Source: Vulcanimicrobiota bacterium (lineage in GTDB: Bacteria > Vulcanimicrobiota > Vulcanimicrobiia > Vulcanimicrobiales > Vulcanimicrobiaceae). From it: 34,953 bases of DNA. The notes below the pieces were generated by a model. The model searched no databases, had not been told where the DNA came from, and worked only from the letters and a program-made list of their open reading frames with translations. The stretch covers positions 1-34,953 of the forward strand of contig JAXDMB010000307.1 of assembly GCA_034666325.1 (NCBI GenBank). Direction: 5' to 3'. Positions 1 to 9,735 of this stretch are shown in pieces (within the stretch, counting starts at the first letter, position 1; each line of letters begins with the position of its first letter). The position numbers and the translations under genes are program-made.

Positions 1-688
1 CCAGGCCGCCGTCGATGTTGGGCTGCGCGACGAACTCGGCGACGTTCTTCGCGTTCATGCTGCCGCCGTACAGCAGCCGCACGTTCTCGAGGCCCGGGAC
101 GCAGCGGCGAATCTCGCCCATCAGCGCGTCCGCTTCCGGCGGCGAGTCGGCATGGCCCGAGCCGATCGCCCAAATCGGCTCGTAGGCAACCACGCAGCGC
201 GCGACGTCGTCCGCGCCGAGACCGGCGAACGCGAGCATGACCTGCTCGCGCACGCGTGCCGACGCGAGCCCGGCCACGTGTTCTTGCTCCGTCTCGCCCA
301 CGGCGACGATCGGCGTGATCCCGTGGCTGAGCGCCGCACGGACTTTCTCGTTCACGCGCTCGTCGAGCTCGCCGAACAGCGCGCGCCGCTCGGAGTGTCC
401 GAGCACGACCCACTCCACTGCGAGCTCCACGAGCATCTCCGGCGAGATCTCACCCGTGAACGGACCGCTGGACGCCCAGCTCATGTTCTGCGCGCCGAGG
501 CCAATCGGAATTCCGGCGAACATGTCGCGCGCCTGGCACAGCGCCGTGAACGGCGGACAGATCACCGCGTCGACGTGGTGCAGCGGAAGGTCGTGCGCGA
601 GCAAGTCCTTCACGAACGCGCGCGTCTGCGCGATCGTCTTGTTCATCTTCCAGTTGCCCGCGATCAGCGGCTTGCGGGTCGTGCTCAC
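1..688 (-). CDS. tpiA: Triosephosphate isomerase (3' end runs off the window start)
   Basis: Reverse strand from GTG at 688 reads MSTTRKPLIAGNWKMNK, later GAQNM, GPFTGEIS, GHSERR, VVAYEPIWAIG and LLYGGS. The start overlaps the pgk stop (GTGA). Not in the ORF track. Confidence 0.97.
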   Translation of the reverse strand, partial: MSTTRKPLIAGNWKMNKTIAQTRAFVKDLLAHDLPLHHVDAVICPPFTALCQARDMFAGIPIGLGAQNMSWASSGPFTGEISPEMLVELAVEWVVLGHSERRALFGELDERVNEKVRAALSHGITPIVAVGETEQEHVAGLASARVREQVMLAFAGLGADDVARCVVAYEPIWAIGSGHADSPPEADALMGEIRRCVPGLENVRLLYGGSMNAKNVAEFVAQPNIDGGL

Positions 689-1881
689 GATCGTGCGGCG
701 CTCTGCTCCAGCGCGGCGACGCCGGGCAGCGTCTTGCCTTCGAGAAACTCGAGCGTCGCGCCGCCGCCGGTCGACACGTGCGTCACCGCGTCCGCGAATC
801 CGAGCGCATGCGCCGCCGCCGCCGCGTCACCGCCGCCGATCACGCTGATCGCGCCGTTCTTCGTCGCCTCGGCGATCGCTTCGCCCACGACGCGCGTGCC
901 GTTCTGGTATGCCGGCTTCTCGTACACGCCCATCGGGCCGTTGAACACGATCGTCTTCGCGCGCCGCAGCACGTCCGCGTACGCGCGCGCGGTGCGCGGT
1001 CCGATGTCCAGGATCATCCCGTCGCCGACCTGATCCAGCGGCACGGTGCGCGCGGTGTCGTCCGCGTCGAACGCGTCGGCGACGACCGCATCGTCCGGGA
1101 GGTGCAGCGCCACGCCCTGCGCGAGCGACATCGCGATGATGCGCTGCGCCGGCACGAGATCCGGATCGCGCAGCGACTTGCCGACCTCGATTCCTTGCGC
1201 GGCGAGAAACGTGTTCGCCATGCCGCCGCCGATCACGAACGCGTCCACTTTCGCCAACAGGTTCTCGAACACGCCCACCTTGTCGACCACTTTCGCGCCG
1301 CCGATCGCGCACACGAACGGGCGCGCCGGGTCGTTCGTCAGCCGCGACAGCGCCGCGAGCTCCGCTTCCATCAGGAAGCCCGCGTATGCCGGCAAATCGG
1401 CTGCGACGCCCGCGGTCGACGCGTGCGCGCGGTGCGCGGTGCCGAACGCGTCGTTCACGTAGAGGTCGCCCGACTTCGCGAGCTCGTGCGCAAACGCCGG
1501 ATCGTTCGCCTCCTCCTCAGCATGGAAGCGCACGTTCTCGAACAGCACGAAACCGCCGTCCGGCAGCGCGTTAGACGCGGCGACCGCCGCCGGGCCGATG
1601 CAGTCCTCGACGAACCGCACGTCCGTCCCGAGCAATTCGGCGAGACGCGCCGCGAGCGGGCGCAGCGAGTATTTCGAATTGGGCTTGCCGTCCGGACGGC
1701 CGAGGTGCGAGAGGATCACCGTCTTCGCGCCGTGCTCGTGCAGAAAACGCAGCGTCGGAAGCGCCGCTTGGATGCGCGTCTCGTCCGCGATCGCGCCGTC
1801 CTTCATCGGGACGTTGAGATCCTCGCGCAGCAGCACGCGCTTGCCGCTCACGTCCACGTCTCGCAGGGTCTTGAAATGCAT
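685..1881 (-). CDS. pgk: Phosphoglycerate kinase
   Basis: REDLNVP, SHLGRP, ENVRF, YVNDAFGTAHRAHAS, GGAKV and HVSTGGGATLEFLEGK motifs; gap-pgk-tpi context. Confidence 0.98.
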   Translation of the reverse strand: MHFKTLRDVDVSGKRVLLREDLNVPMKDGAIADETRIQAALPTLRFLHEHGAKTVILSHLGRPDGKPNSKYSLRPLAARLAELLGTDVRFVEDCIGPAAVAASNALPDGGFVLFENVRFHAEEEANDPAFAHELAKSGDLYVNDAFGTAHRAHASTAGVAADLPAYAGFLMEAELAALSRLTNDPARPFVCAIGGAKVVDKVGVFENLLAKVDAFVIGGGMANTFLAAQGIEVGKSLRDPDLVPAQRIIAMSLAQGVALHLPDDAVVADAFDADDTARTVPLDQVGDGMILDIGPRTARAYADVLRRAKTIVFNGPMGVYEKPAYQNGTRVVGEAIAEATKNGAISVIGGGDAAAAAHALGFADAVTHVSTGGGATLEFLEGKTLPGVAALEQSAARS

Positions 1882-1888
1882 ACGGCTC

Positions 1889-2650
1889 CTAGCCTTCGAC
1901 GCCGGCGCGGTGAACCCACGGCGCGGCGATGCGTTCGTACGGAACGCGCGTGGGCGGCCCGTTCGCGAACGAGAGCTCCGGCGCCGACGACGATACCGCC
2001 GGAAGGGCGAGCAGCGCGCTGCACACCGTGCCGAACTGGTGCTCCGTCACGACCGTCATCGCGCGGTGCGGGTCGTCTTCGTCGGCGTGCCGCAGCAAAT
2101 CCGTCCAGCTCGACCATTCCTCGCGGGCCGGATCGGGCGGCGGCGCGGCGCGAAATGCCGGGAAGTGCGTCGCGTAGCGCGGCGACCACGACACGTCGAT
2201 GCCGTCCGGCGTCACCATGTGGTGTCCCGGTGCCAGCGCATCGACGCGCATCGCGTGCTCGTCGCTCGCGACGGCGTAGGCGCTCGTGCGGTCGGCGACG
2301 ACCAGCGTGAAGCCGCGATACCGCCGCGCATCGAGTGTGCCGATCGCGTTCGCCGCATCGCGCGCGCCGCGCTCGCGCAGCGCGCGCAGCACGAGATCGC
2401 CGCGGCTCGCCTTTCCCGCGAGCGGGCCGAGACGATCCATGCCGTTGACGATCGTCGCGACGACGCCGTCGTCGTTCACGCCGAACCAGCTTCCGCCGCC
2501 GAGCACGTCACGGCCGGCGACGATTCCGGGCGCATCCGGCCAGTACCGGCCGGGCGGATCGAACGCGCGGTCGAGCCGTTCGTCGCGATTCGCGGCGACC
2601 AACAGCGGCCAGGGTTCGCCCGGCCGCAGCAGCAGCAGTACGGTGCACAT
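1889..2650 (-). CDS. NRDE family (TANGO2-like) protein
   Basis: N-terminal MCT..., AANRDE, AGRDVLGGGSWFGVN, SRG.LV and GTVCS motifs. Confidence 0.9.
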   Translation of the reverse strand: MCTVLLLLRPGEPWPLLVAANRDERLDRAFDPPGRYWPDAPGIVAGRDVLGGGSWFGVNDDGVVATIVNGMDRLGPLAGKASRGDLVLRALRERGARDAANAIGTLDARRYRGFTLVVADRTSAYAVASDEHAMRVDALAPGHHMVTPDGIDVSWSPRYATHFPAFRAAPPPDPAREEWSSWTDLLRHADEDDPHRAMTVVTEHQFGTVCSALLALPAVSSSAPELSFANGPPTRVPYERIAAPWVHRAGVEG

Positions 2651-2709
2651 GCGCTACGAACCGAACCGCTCGGCGATGAAACCCGCCCAGCCGGCGAGCG
2701 CGAGCGCTC

Positions 2710-4716
2710 TCACTGCATGTGGCGTGCGAACCAGTCGATCCAGCGGCCGTAGAGGTCCGCCGTGCGAACCGGGTCGCCCGGAAAGTGACCGTCAACCGGA
2801 TACGCGATGAACGTCGCGTCCTTGCCGTTGTCGCGCAGCGCGCGGTAGTACATCGAGGACGTCGCGAACGGGTCGCGGTTGTCGCCGACGTCCGAGACGA
2901 TGAGAACCGGCGTCGTCACGTCGTGCGCGTACGAGATCGCGGACGCCTTGCGGTACTCGGCGGCGTTGTTGCCGACGAAAGGCGAGCCGTGGAAGAGCGC
3001 TTTGTCGGCGGCCGGATCGTCGGCGGTGCCGTAGTCGGCCGCCCAGTCGTTCACCGACGCACCGGACACGGCCGCGCGCCACACGTGGTATTTTGAGATC
3101 ATCCACGCGGTCATGATGCCGCCGTAGCTCCAGCCGCCGACCACGATCCGGCGGTCGTCCACGATGCCGCGCGCGCGCACGGCGTCGACCGCCGCCATGA
3201 TGTCCTTGCCGGGTCCTTCGCCCGGATCGTACTGCACGCCGCGCTGGTACGCGAGTCCGAGGTTGTCGCTGCCGCGGTAGTTCGGCTGCAGGACGATCCA
3301 GCCGCGCGCGGCCATGAGCTGCGCCTGGCGGTCGAACTGGCGAATGGACGCGGACGTCGGCCCGCCGTGAATGTGCACCACCAGCGGATACTTGCGGCCC
3401 GCGACGTACCCGGGCGGAAGCGTGAGCACGCCGTCGCCGCGCGGCCCGAGCGACGTCGGGAACGTGATCGTCTCGGCCGGCGCGAGATCCAGCCCGGCAA
3501 CCGCGGCGTTGTAGTCGGTCAGCTTCACCGGCGCACCGCCCGCGGCGCGGTAGTAGAGCTCGGCCGGCTGTCTCGAGGACGTCGCGACGAACACCATCGC
3601 GCCGTCCTTCGCGAGCGCGCCGTCGAGCTGCGACGTGACGTTGAGGTCACCGACGTCAACGCGGACCGGTGCGGCGGCGCCCAGCGAAGCGCGCATGACG
3701 GCTGTCGCGGTCGCGTCGTGCGCCGTGAAATAGATTCCGCTCGAATCCGGCAGCCACGCCACGTCGTGCACGGCGCGGTCGAACGGACGCGAGATCGCGA
3801 TGCCGTTGCCGCCGTCGAGCCGCGACACGTACGCTTCGGTGAGCGTGATCTGGTTGTCGCCTTCGGAATGCGTGTACGCGAGGTGCGTGCCGTCGGGCGA
3901 GAAGCGCGGATCGCTCTCATACCCCGCGTGCGTCGTCGGACGGGAAAGCTTGCCGGTCGCGACGTCGACCAGCGCGACGTGCGCGCGCTCGGCGTCGTTC
4001 AGCACCGCGTTCGGCGCGAGCATGAACGCGATCGTCTTGCCGTCGGCCGACCACGACAGGGTCGACTGCGCCTCGCCGGTGGTGACGCTCTGCTCGCCGG
4101 ACGTCAGCTGCTTCGCCGTCCCGCCGCTCGTCGCAATGACGAACAGGTGCACGGGGCGCGGCGGCTTGCGCGTCGTGATCGGCGTGTTGCCGACCGTGAA
4201 CGCGTCGCGAAAGCGCTCCGCGCCGTGCTTCTTGGGCAGCGCGTCGGTGGCCGCGTACGCGATCGCGCCGCCGTCGGGGCGCCACGCGAACTGCTCCACC
4301 CCTTCGGGCGCGTTCGTCACGGGGCGCGCGTCACCGCCGTCCATCGGCATCAGGAACACTTGCGACTTGGCGCTCTCGCCCGATCCCTCGTCCGCGAGGA
4401 AGGCGAGCTTCGTACCGTCGGGCGACCAGCGCGGCTCGGCGAGCCCTTTGCGGTGATACGTCAGCGTGCGGCGCGCGCGCGTCGCGACGTCGATCACGTC
4501 GAGGTCGCGGTCGAGCTTGTCCTCGTTCCAGTTCACGCGCGACACGACGACCACGGCGCGTTTGCCGTCCGGCGAGATCGCGGGCGACGACACCCCGGCG
4601 AGCTTGCGCAAGTCGTCGATCTGCATCGTGCGCGCGCTCGCCGGAGCGCTGACGCACGTCGCCGCCGCGAGAACCGCGACGGCGACGGTGAGAGACGTGC
4701 CGAGCAGCCGCGTCAC
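2710..4716 (-). CDS. Secreted S9 family (prolyl oligopeptidase/acylaminoacyl peptidase-like) serine peptidase with PD40/beta-propeller repeats
   Basis: Signal peptide after GTG at 4716 (overlaps the gap stop), WSPDG/WRPDG/FSPDG repeats, IHGGP, NYRGS, nucleophile GWSYGG, catalytic D (GDNRDP) and H (DGH). The upstream part of the 923-aa ORF is a shadow frame of gap. Confidence 0.93.
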   Translation of the reverse strand: MTRLLGTSLTVAVAVLAAATCVSAPASARTMQIDDLRKLAGVSSPAISPDGKRAVVVVSRVNWNEDKLDRDLDVIDVATRARRTLTYHRKGLAEPRWSPDGTKLAFLADEGSGESAKSQVFLMPMDGGDARPVTNAPEGVEQFAWRPDGGAIAYAATDALPKKHGAERFRDAFTVGNTPITTRKPPRPVHLFVIATSGGTAKQLTSGEQSVTTGEAQSTLSWSADGKTIAFMLAPNAVLNDAERAHVALVDVATGKLSRPTTHAGYESDPRFSPDGTHLAYTHSEGDNQITLTEAYVSRLDGGNGIAISRPFDRAVHDVAWLPDSSGIYFTAHDATATAVMRASLGAAAPVRVDVGDLNVTSQLDGALAKDGAMVFVATSSRQPAELYYRAAGGAPVKLTDYNAAVAGLDLAPAETITFPTSLGPRGDGVLTLPPGYVAGRKYPLVVHIHGGPTSASIRQFDRQAQLMAARGWIVLQPNYRGSDNLGLAYQRGVQYDPGEGPGKDIMAAVDAVRARGIVDDRRIVVGGWSYGGIMTAWMISKYHVWRAAVSGASVNDWAADYGTADDPAADKALFHGSPFVGNNAAEYRKASAISYAHDVTTPVLIVSDVGDNRDPFATSSMYYRALRDNGKDATFIAYPVDGHFPGDPVRTADLYGRWIDWFARHMQ

Positions 4717-5729
4717 GCGACGGTGGACGGGATCTTCGATGCGACCATGCGCGTGAGGTCCGCGAGGCGGCACGAGTAGCCCCACTCGTTGTCGTACCAC
4801 GCCGCGATCTGGATCAAGTCGCCGTTCGCGTTCGTCAGCTTGCCGTCGATGATCGAGCTGTGCGGGTTGCGCTTGAAGTCGCTCGACACGAGCTCTTCCT
4901 CGGTGTACTCGACGTACTCTTTGAGGCCGTTCTCGGCCGCGCCCCTTAGCACCGCGTTCACTTCGTCGCGCGTCGTCTCTTTCTTCACCTGCACGACGAG
5001 GTAGATCATCGACACGGTCGGCGTCGGCACGCGCAGCGCGAAGCCGTCGAACGTGCCTTTGATCTCGGGGATCGTGAGGTACAGCGCCTTCGCCGCGCCG
5101 GTGGAGGTCGGAATGATGTTCGTCGCGGCGTTGCGCGCGCGGCGCAGATCCTTGTGCGGCGCGTCGAGGATGTTCTGGTCGTTCGTGTACGAGTGGATCG
5201 TGGACATGAAGCCCTTCACCCAGCCGAGGTTGTCGACGATCGGCTTCACCGCGGTCGCAAGACAGTTCGTCGTGCACGACGCGTTCGAGATGATCGTGTG
5301 CGCGGCGGGATCGTACTTGTCGTCGTTCACGCCGAGCACGAGCGTGATGTCCTCGCCCTTGGCCGGCGCCGAGATGATCACTTTCTTCGCCCCGCCGCCG
5401 TCGATGTGCGCGCGCGCCTTGGACGCGTCCGTGAAGATGCCCGTCGACTCCACGACCACGTCCACGCCGAGATCGCGCCACGGCAGCTTGCCGGGATCGC
5501 GCTCGGCCAGCACCTTGATGGTCTTGCCGTCGATGGTGATCGCGTCCGCGGACGAGGTGACCTCACCCCCGTACGTCCCGTAGTTCGAGTCGTACTTGAA
5601 GAGGTGCGCGCACTCGGCGGCGCTGGTGAGGTCGTTGACCGCGGCGATCTCCATCTCGGGATACCGCTCGAGGAGAGCCTTGGTGAAGTTGCGGCCGATC
5701 CGGCCGAACCCGTTGATACCGATGCGCAT
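4713..5729 (-). CDS. gap: Type I glyceraldehyde-3-phosphate dehydrogenase
   Basis: [19 protein letters not shown] active site, [28 protein letters not shown]. Confidence 0.98.
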   Translation of the reverse strand: MRIGINGFGRIGRNFTKALLERYPEMEIAAVNDLTSAAECAHLFKYDSNYGTYGGEVTSSADAITIDGKTIKVLAERDPGKLPWRDLGVDVVVESTGIFTDASKARAHIDGGGAKKVIISAPAKGEDITLVLGVNDDKYDPAAHTIISNASCTTNCLATAVKPIVDNLGWVKGFMSTIHSYTNDQNILDAPHKDLRRARNAATNIIPTSTGAAKALYLTIPEIKGTFDGFALRVPTPTVSMIYLVVQVKKETTRDEVNAVLRGAAENGLKEYVEYTEEELVSSDFKRNPHSSIIDGKLTNANGDLIQIAAWYDNEWGYSCRLADLTRMVASKIPSTVA

Positions 5730-5741
5730 AGCCCGTTCGCT

Positions 5742-6659
5742 TTAGGCGAAGGAAACTTCAGGCTCCTCTCGCTCGCCGCGCAGCCGCTTCACGAGCCGCA
5801 TCACGGAGGCCAGCCGGCCGTTGATCGTCGCCTTCCCAACGGGCGGGTGGCAGCGGCGCCCGAGCTCCGCCAGGGTCTCGTCCGGATGGGACAGCCGAAG
5901 TTGAGCCGCCTCGCGGAGCGCGGGCGAGAGGTTCCGCAGGCCGTAGGCGTCGGCCAGATACTGGATCGCGTCGCGCTGCGCCGCCGCCGCCGAGGCGGCC
6001 CGCACGACGTTCGCGGCCTCGGTGTTCACCAGGCGGTGGATGCGGTTCTTGGTCTCCTTGACCGCCCGCACGTCCTCCAGCCGAAAGACCGCGCCCGACG
6101 CCCCGATCGCGCCGAGCACCGTGACGATCGCATCGAGCCCCTTGAGGTACACCACCCGGCGGCCCTTGCGCTGCATCGTGCGCGGCGCGAGCCCCTCGGC
6201 GGCCATCAGCGCCGCGATCCGCTCCGCCCGGGCGGGCTCAGCGGTGACGAACTCGAGGTGATAGCCGTGCTGCGGCGCCGCCACCGAGCCCGCGCACAGG
6301 AACGCCGCGCGCAGCTCCGCGCGGCGTTCGTCGCGGCGTCTGGGCCTCGGCGGCGGGGCGGCGGGCGCCGGGCCGAGATCGATCTCGAACGTCGTCGCCT
6401 TGTAGAGCCGCTGGTCGTGCCCGCGCCGCACCGGCGCCGCCGCGCGCGCGCCCGCTGCGCGGGGCTGTTCCTCGAACAGCGTCCGGGCGAGCCGTGCGAC
6501 GGTCGCGCGCCGGGTCCGGAACGTCGTCTCGCCGCCGGCTTCGATCGCGCCGTAGTAGGCCAGGCCGTTGCGCAGCGCCGCCCGGACGCCCGGATCGGCC
6601 GGCACGTCACGCGCCAGCGCGTCCTTCGCGTCGGCCGAGAGGTTCGAACGCGTCGCCAT
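5742..6659 (-). CDS. whiA: DNA-binding protein WhiA
   Basis: LRAAFLCAGSV..P..GYHLEF, VVYLK, NRIHRLVNTEAAN, LRLSHPDETLAELG...PVGKATINGRL; upstream of gap as in many Terrabacteria. Start taken at ATG 6659. Confidence 0.93.
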   Translation of the reverse strand: MATRSNLSADAKDALARDVPADPGVRAALRNGLAYYGAIEAGGETTFRTRRATVARLARTLFEEQPRAAGARAAAPVRRGHDQRLYKATTFEIDLGPAPAAPPPRPRRRDERRAELRAAFLCAGSVAAPQHGYHLEFVTAEPARAERIAALMAAEGLAPRTMQRKGRRVVYLKGLDAIVTVLGAIGASGAVFRLEDVRAVKETKNRIHRLVNTEAANVVRAASAAAAQRDAIQYLADAYGLRNLSPALREAAQLRLSHPDETLAELGRRCHPPVGKATINGRLASVMRLVKRLRGEREEPEVSFA

Positions 6660-6772
6660 CAGCCGAACCTTTCGAGTCGCGACGCACACACCCGCCGGGA
6701 CATTCGCGTACGGGAAACCGCGCAGCCTCGTGGAAGGGGCCGCCTTCGCCAAGTGCTCGCAGCGGGGCCGAG

Positions 6773-7777
6773 ATGGAGCAGACCGTTCTCGAAAGCGGCG
6801 CCGAGCGCCGAGCGCGCAACCGGGCGTGGGCCGCGTACGCCTACCACCGCGGCGAGACCGTCCTGCGAAGCTTGCCCGAAGTGTTCGCGATCGAGTCGAC
6901 GGACTTTTGCAACTTGAAGTGCGTCATGTGCCCGCGCGGCGAGCCCGACCTCATGGACCGCCCGCTGGGCAGCATGAGCGACGCGCTCTTCCGGCAGATC
7001 GTCGACGAGTCGGAGTTCTACACCGATCCGGTGTGGTTCCACTGGTTCGGCGAGCCGCTGATGCACCCGAGGCTCTTCGATCAGATCGCGTACGCGAAGC
7101 GCGCCGGCGTGCCGAACCTCGCGATCTCGACGAACGGCACGCTGCTCGACCGCAAGAACGCCGTGAAGATCCTCGACTCGCAGCTCGACCGCATCCTCAT
7201 CGCGGTCGACGGCGCGCGCAAAGAGACGTACGAAGCGGTCCGCAAGAGCGCGACGTTCACGTTCGAGCAGGTCCGCGCGAACATCGAGGCGTTTCTCGCG
7301 CTCAAGGCCGAGCGCGGGAAGACCACGCCCCATACGACGCTCTCGATCATCGTCATGGAGGACAACAAGGATCAGCTCGAAGCGTTCGCCTCGCACTGGC
7401 GCGAGCGCGGCGCCGACGAGATCCTGTTCAAGCCGTTCACCGCGTGGGGAAGCCAGACCGGCGACTTCGCATCCCTGGCGGCGACGGAGCAGCGCGCGCT
7501 CCTGCAGCGCGCGCTGCGCCCGCACCCCTGCCGCTACTTGTGGGAAAGCGTCGTCATCGCGTGGGACGGTCGCGTCGTGCCGTGCTGCTTCGACTACAAC
7601 GCCACGATGGTCATGGGCGATCTCAACACGCAGACGCTCGCGGACATCTGGAACAGCGAGCGCTACGTGCGCTTCCGCGAGCTCGAGCTCGCCGGCAAGA
7701 ACCGTTCGCCGCTGTGCCGGAACTGTTCCGAAGCGCCGGGATCACCGCGCGACCCGAACTATCCCGCGCCCGTCTGA
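6773..7777 (+). CDS. Radical SAM protein with C-terminal SPASM/Twitch Fe-S domain
   Basis: CNLKCVMC (CxxxCxxC), GEPLMHP, STNGTLL; C-terminal PCRYLW...DGRVVPCC...GDLNTQTLADIWNS...LCRNC. ATG at 6773. Confidence 0.92.
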   Translation: MEQTVLESGAERRARNRAWAAYAYHRGETVLRSLPEVFAIESTDFCNLKCVMCPRGEPDLMDRPLGSMSDALFRQIVDESEFYTDPVWFHWFGEPLMHPRLFDQIAYAKRAGVPNLAISTNGTLLDRKNAVKILDSQLDRILIAVDGARKETYEAVRKSATFTFEQVRANIEAFLALKAERGKTTPHTTLSIIVMEDNKDQLEAFASHWRERGADEILFKPFTAWGSQTGDFASLAATEQRALLQRALRPHPCRYLWESVVIAWDGRVVPCCFDYNATMVMGDLNTQTLADIWNSERYVRFRELELAGKNRSPLCRNCSEAPGSPRDPNYPAPV

Positions 7778-7789
7778 GCGGAGCACGCG

Positions 7790-8068
7790 TCAGCCGAGCC
7801 AGTCGACGGGATCGTCCTTGCGCTCCTCGACGATCTCATACATGTCGGCGGGCTTGAGCGACGGCAGCACGCGCTCCGGAACCAGCAGCACGCGCACGGT
7901 GAGAAACTTCGTGCGGTAGTGGATCACCAGCACGTCGCCGACCTTCACCTCGTAACCCGGTTTGAGACTGCGCCCGTCCTTGGTGATGCGGCCCGCTTCG
8001 ATGCCGTCCTTCGCCTCGGCGCGCCGCTTCGCGAGCCGGGACACCTTGAGGAACTTGTCGAGCCGCAT
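7790..8068 (-). CDS. yabO: S4-domain RNA-binding protein (YabO/RqcP/Hsp15-like)
   Basis: MRLDKFLKVSRLAKRRAEAK...G.I..DG...KPG.EVKVGD, 92 aa from ATG 8068. Confidence 0.9.
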   Translation of the reverse strand: MRLDKFLKVSRLAKRRAEAKDGIEAGRITKDGRSLKPGYEVKVGDVLVIHYRTKFLTVRVLLVPERVLPSLKPADMYEIVEERKDDPVDWLG

Positions 8069-8128
8069 AGGTGGAGCGGTGATTTCAAACCGAACGGCGA
8101 GTGTCCCCCGCGCGGCGAAGAGCGCGCC

Positions 8129-9148
8129 ATGCCGTTCTCGACCACGATCGCCGGAAGTCTGCCGAAGCCCGCCTGGCTCGCGGAGCCCGAGCGGATCTTT
8201 CCCACGTGGCGGCTCGAAGGCCCCGATCTGCTCGCCGCGCAGCGCGACGCGACGCGCATCGCCGTGAGCGAACAAGTGCGCGCGGGAATCGACACGGTGA
8301 CGGACGGCGAGCAGGCGCGCAAGCATTTTGTGCACGGCTTCGCCGAGCGGCTTGCCGGCGTGGACGGGCTCAAGCGCCAGAAGCGCGGCATCCGCGACGA
8401 CCGCTACGAGGCGCTCTGCCCGACGGTCACCGGCGAGGTGCGCCGCACGCATCCGGTTCACGTCGAGGAGATGCGCTTCGCGCGCACGCTCACCGACGGC
8501 CCGCTCAAGATCACGATCCCCGGTCCGATGACGCTCGCCGACACGGTGGTGGACGAAGCGTACGGGAACCGCGCCGATCTCGCGTTCGCGTTCGCGCGCG
8601 CGATCCGCGAAGAGATCGCCGAGCTCGTCGCCGTCGGCGTGGACGTGGTGCAGCTCGACGAGCCCGCGTTCAACGTCTACTTCGACGAGGTCGCTGCGTG
8701 GGGAATCGACGCGCTCGATACGGCGCTGAGCGGCGCGACGTGCACGACCGCGGTGCACGTGTGCTACGGCTACGGCATCCCCGCCAACGTGCAGTGGAAA
8801 TCGAACTTGGGCGAGCGCTGGGACCAGTACGCGCACGTGCTGCCGCTGCTCGCGAAGAGCACCGCGAACCAGATCAGCGTGGAGCTGGCCGGCTCGCACG
8901 TCCCGCCCGAAGTGCTGCGGCTCGCGGGCGACAAGATTCTCGCGGTCGGGGTGATCGACGTCGCGAGCGACCGGGTCGAGACGCCGGACGACGTCCGCGC
9001 GACCATCGAGCTGGCCCGCCGCCACGTCGAGGACGACCGTATCGTCTGCTCGACCAACTGCGGGATGGCGCCGATGGCGCGCGACGTCGCCTATGCGAAG
9101 CTGCGGAGCCTCGCCGAAGGGTCGCTCCTGGCCGGCGGGGGTCGCTAG
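8129..9148 (+). CDS. Single-domain cobalamin-independent methionine synthase (core/MesD-like)
   Basis: TTIAGSLPKPAWLAEPE, DGEQ.R.HFV, PGPMT, QLDEPAFNVYFDEV..WG, Zn ligands HVCYGYG, E (ISVE) and STNCGMAP; 339 aa with no N-terminal folate-binding barrel. Confidence 0.88.
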   Translation: MPFSTTIAGSLPKPAWLAEPERIFPTWRLEGPDLLAAQRDATRIAVSEQVRAGIDTVTDGEQARKHFVHGFAERLAGVDGLKRQKRGIRDDRYEALCPTVTGEVRRTHPVHVEEMRFARTLTDGPLKITIPGPMTLADTVVDEAYGNRADLAFAFARAIREEIAELVAVGVDVVQLDEPAFNVYFDEVAAWGIDALDTALSGATCTTAVHVCYGYGIPANVQWKSNLGERWDQYAHVLPLLAKSTANQISVELAGSHVPPEVLRLAGDKILAVGVIDVASDRVETPDDVRATIELARRHVEDDRIVCSTNCGMAPMARDVAYAKLRSLAEGSLLAGGGR

Positions 9149-9534
9149 AGCGAGCTCGACACCGGAACGTACTTGTCCGCGATGCCTGCGAGAACCGGCA
9201 GCCGCAGCGCGGAGCCCTGGAACGCGCGAATGGTCGTGGCGATCAGCGCGATGAAGAAGACGATCATCACGAGCAGGCCGAGGAGCCCGGTGAACGCGTA
9301 CAGCGGCCACATGTTGGCGAGCCCGATCACCACGTTGACGATCGACAGCAGCACGAAGAACGCGACGTACGCGATGCCCAGCACGATCGACTGAACGGCG
9401 ACGAAGCGCACCCACTGCTGCGGCGGCTTGCCGAGCAAGATCACGAGTCCGCCGACCCAGCTGAAGAGCGCGGCGAGCCCGGCGGCCACATTGGGCGCAA
9501 GACCGAACGAAGACTGGGACTGATCCTGAATCAT
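9145..9534 (-). CDS. Small 3-TM membrane protein (DUF4870-like)
   Basis: GLAPNVAAGLAALFSWVGGLV...VRFVAVQSI...RLPVLAGIADK pattern; three hydrophobic segments. Confidence 0.75.
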   Translation of the reverse strand: MIQDQSQSSFGLAPNVAAGLAALFSWVGGLVILLGKPPQQWVRFVAVQSIVLGIAYVAFFVLLSIVNVVIGLANMWPLYAFTGLLGLLVMIVFFIALIATTIRAFQGSALRLPVLAGIADKYVPVSSSL

Positions 9535-9735
9535 TAGCGACCCCTTTGCAGAACGATATGTGCTCGAAGCAAACGGCCCGTTCCGTCCATGAGACGGGCA
9601 CTCCGCAGATTCTCCCGGCCGTCGCTTACCGTTCGCTTACCACCGGCCGGTCGCCTCGTCGGATGTAACGGCCTCGGCTCGCGCGACCGATTCATCATCC
9701 GGTTGTCTCGGATATCAGCCAAACCGCTCGCGGGC

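Noticed and set aside
4717-5481. N-terminal extension of the 923-aa ORF, suggesting a giant peptidase or a gap fusion
   Set aside because: It is an Arg-rich shadow frame over gap; the real peptidase starts at the signal peptide at 4716.
5742-6659. LAGLIDADG-like fold suggesting a homing endonuclease
   Set aside because: This is the domesticated WhiA protein in its usual position upstream of gap.
6660-6772. Possible RiPP precursor for the radical SAM enzyme
   Set aside because: No credible small ORF with an SD in this 113-bp divergent promoter region.
8069-9601. 603-aa ORF ending in the S4 domain
   Set aside because: The upstream part is antisense to the methionine synthase gene; only the last 92 aa are YabO-like.
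9534-9722. 62-aa ORF between kal and the DUF4870-like gene; also considered as a riboswitch
   Set aside because: TTG start, no clear SD and no protein-like features; I could not match any riboswitch consensus by eye.
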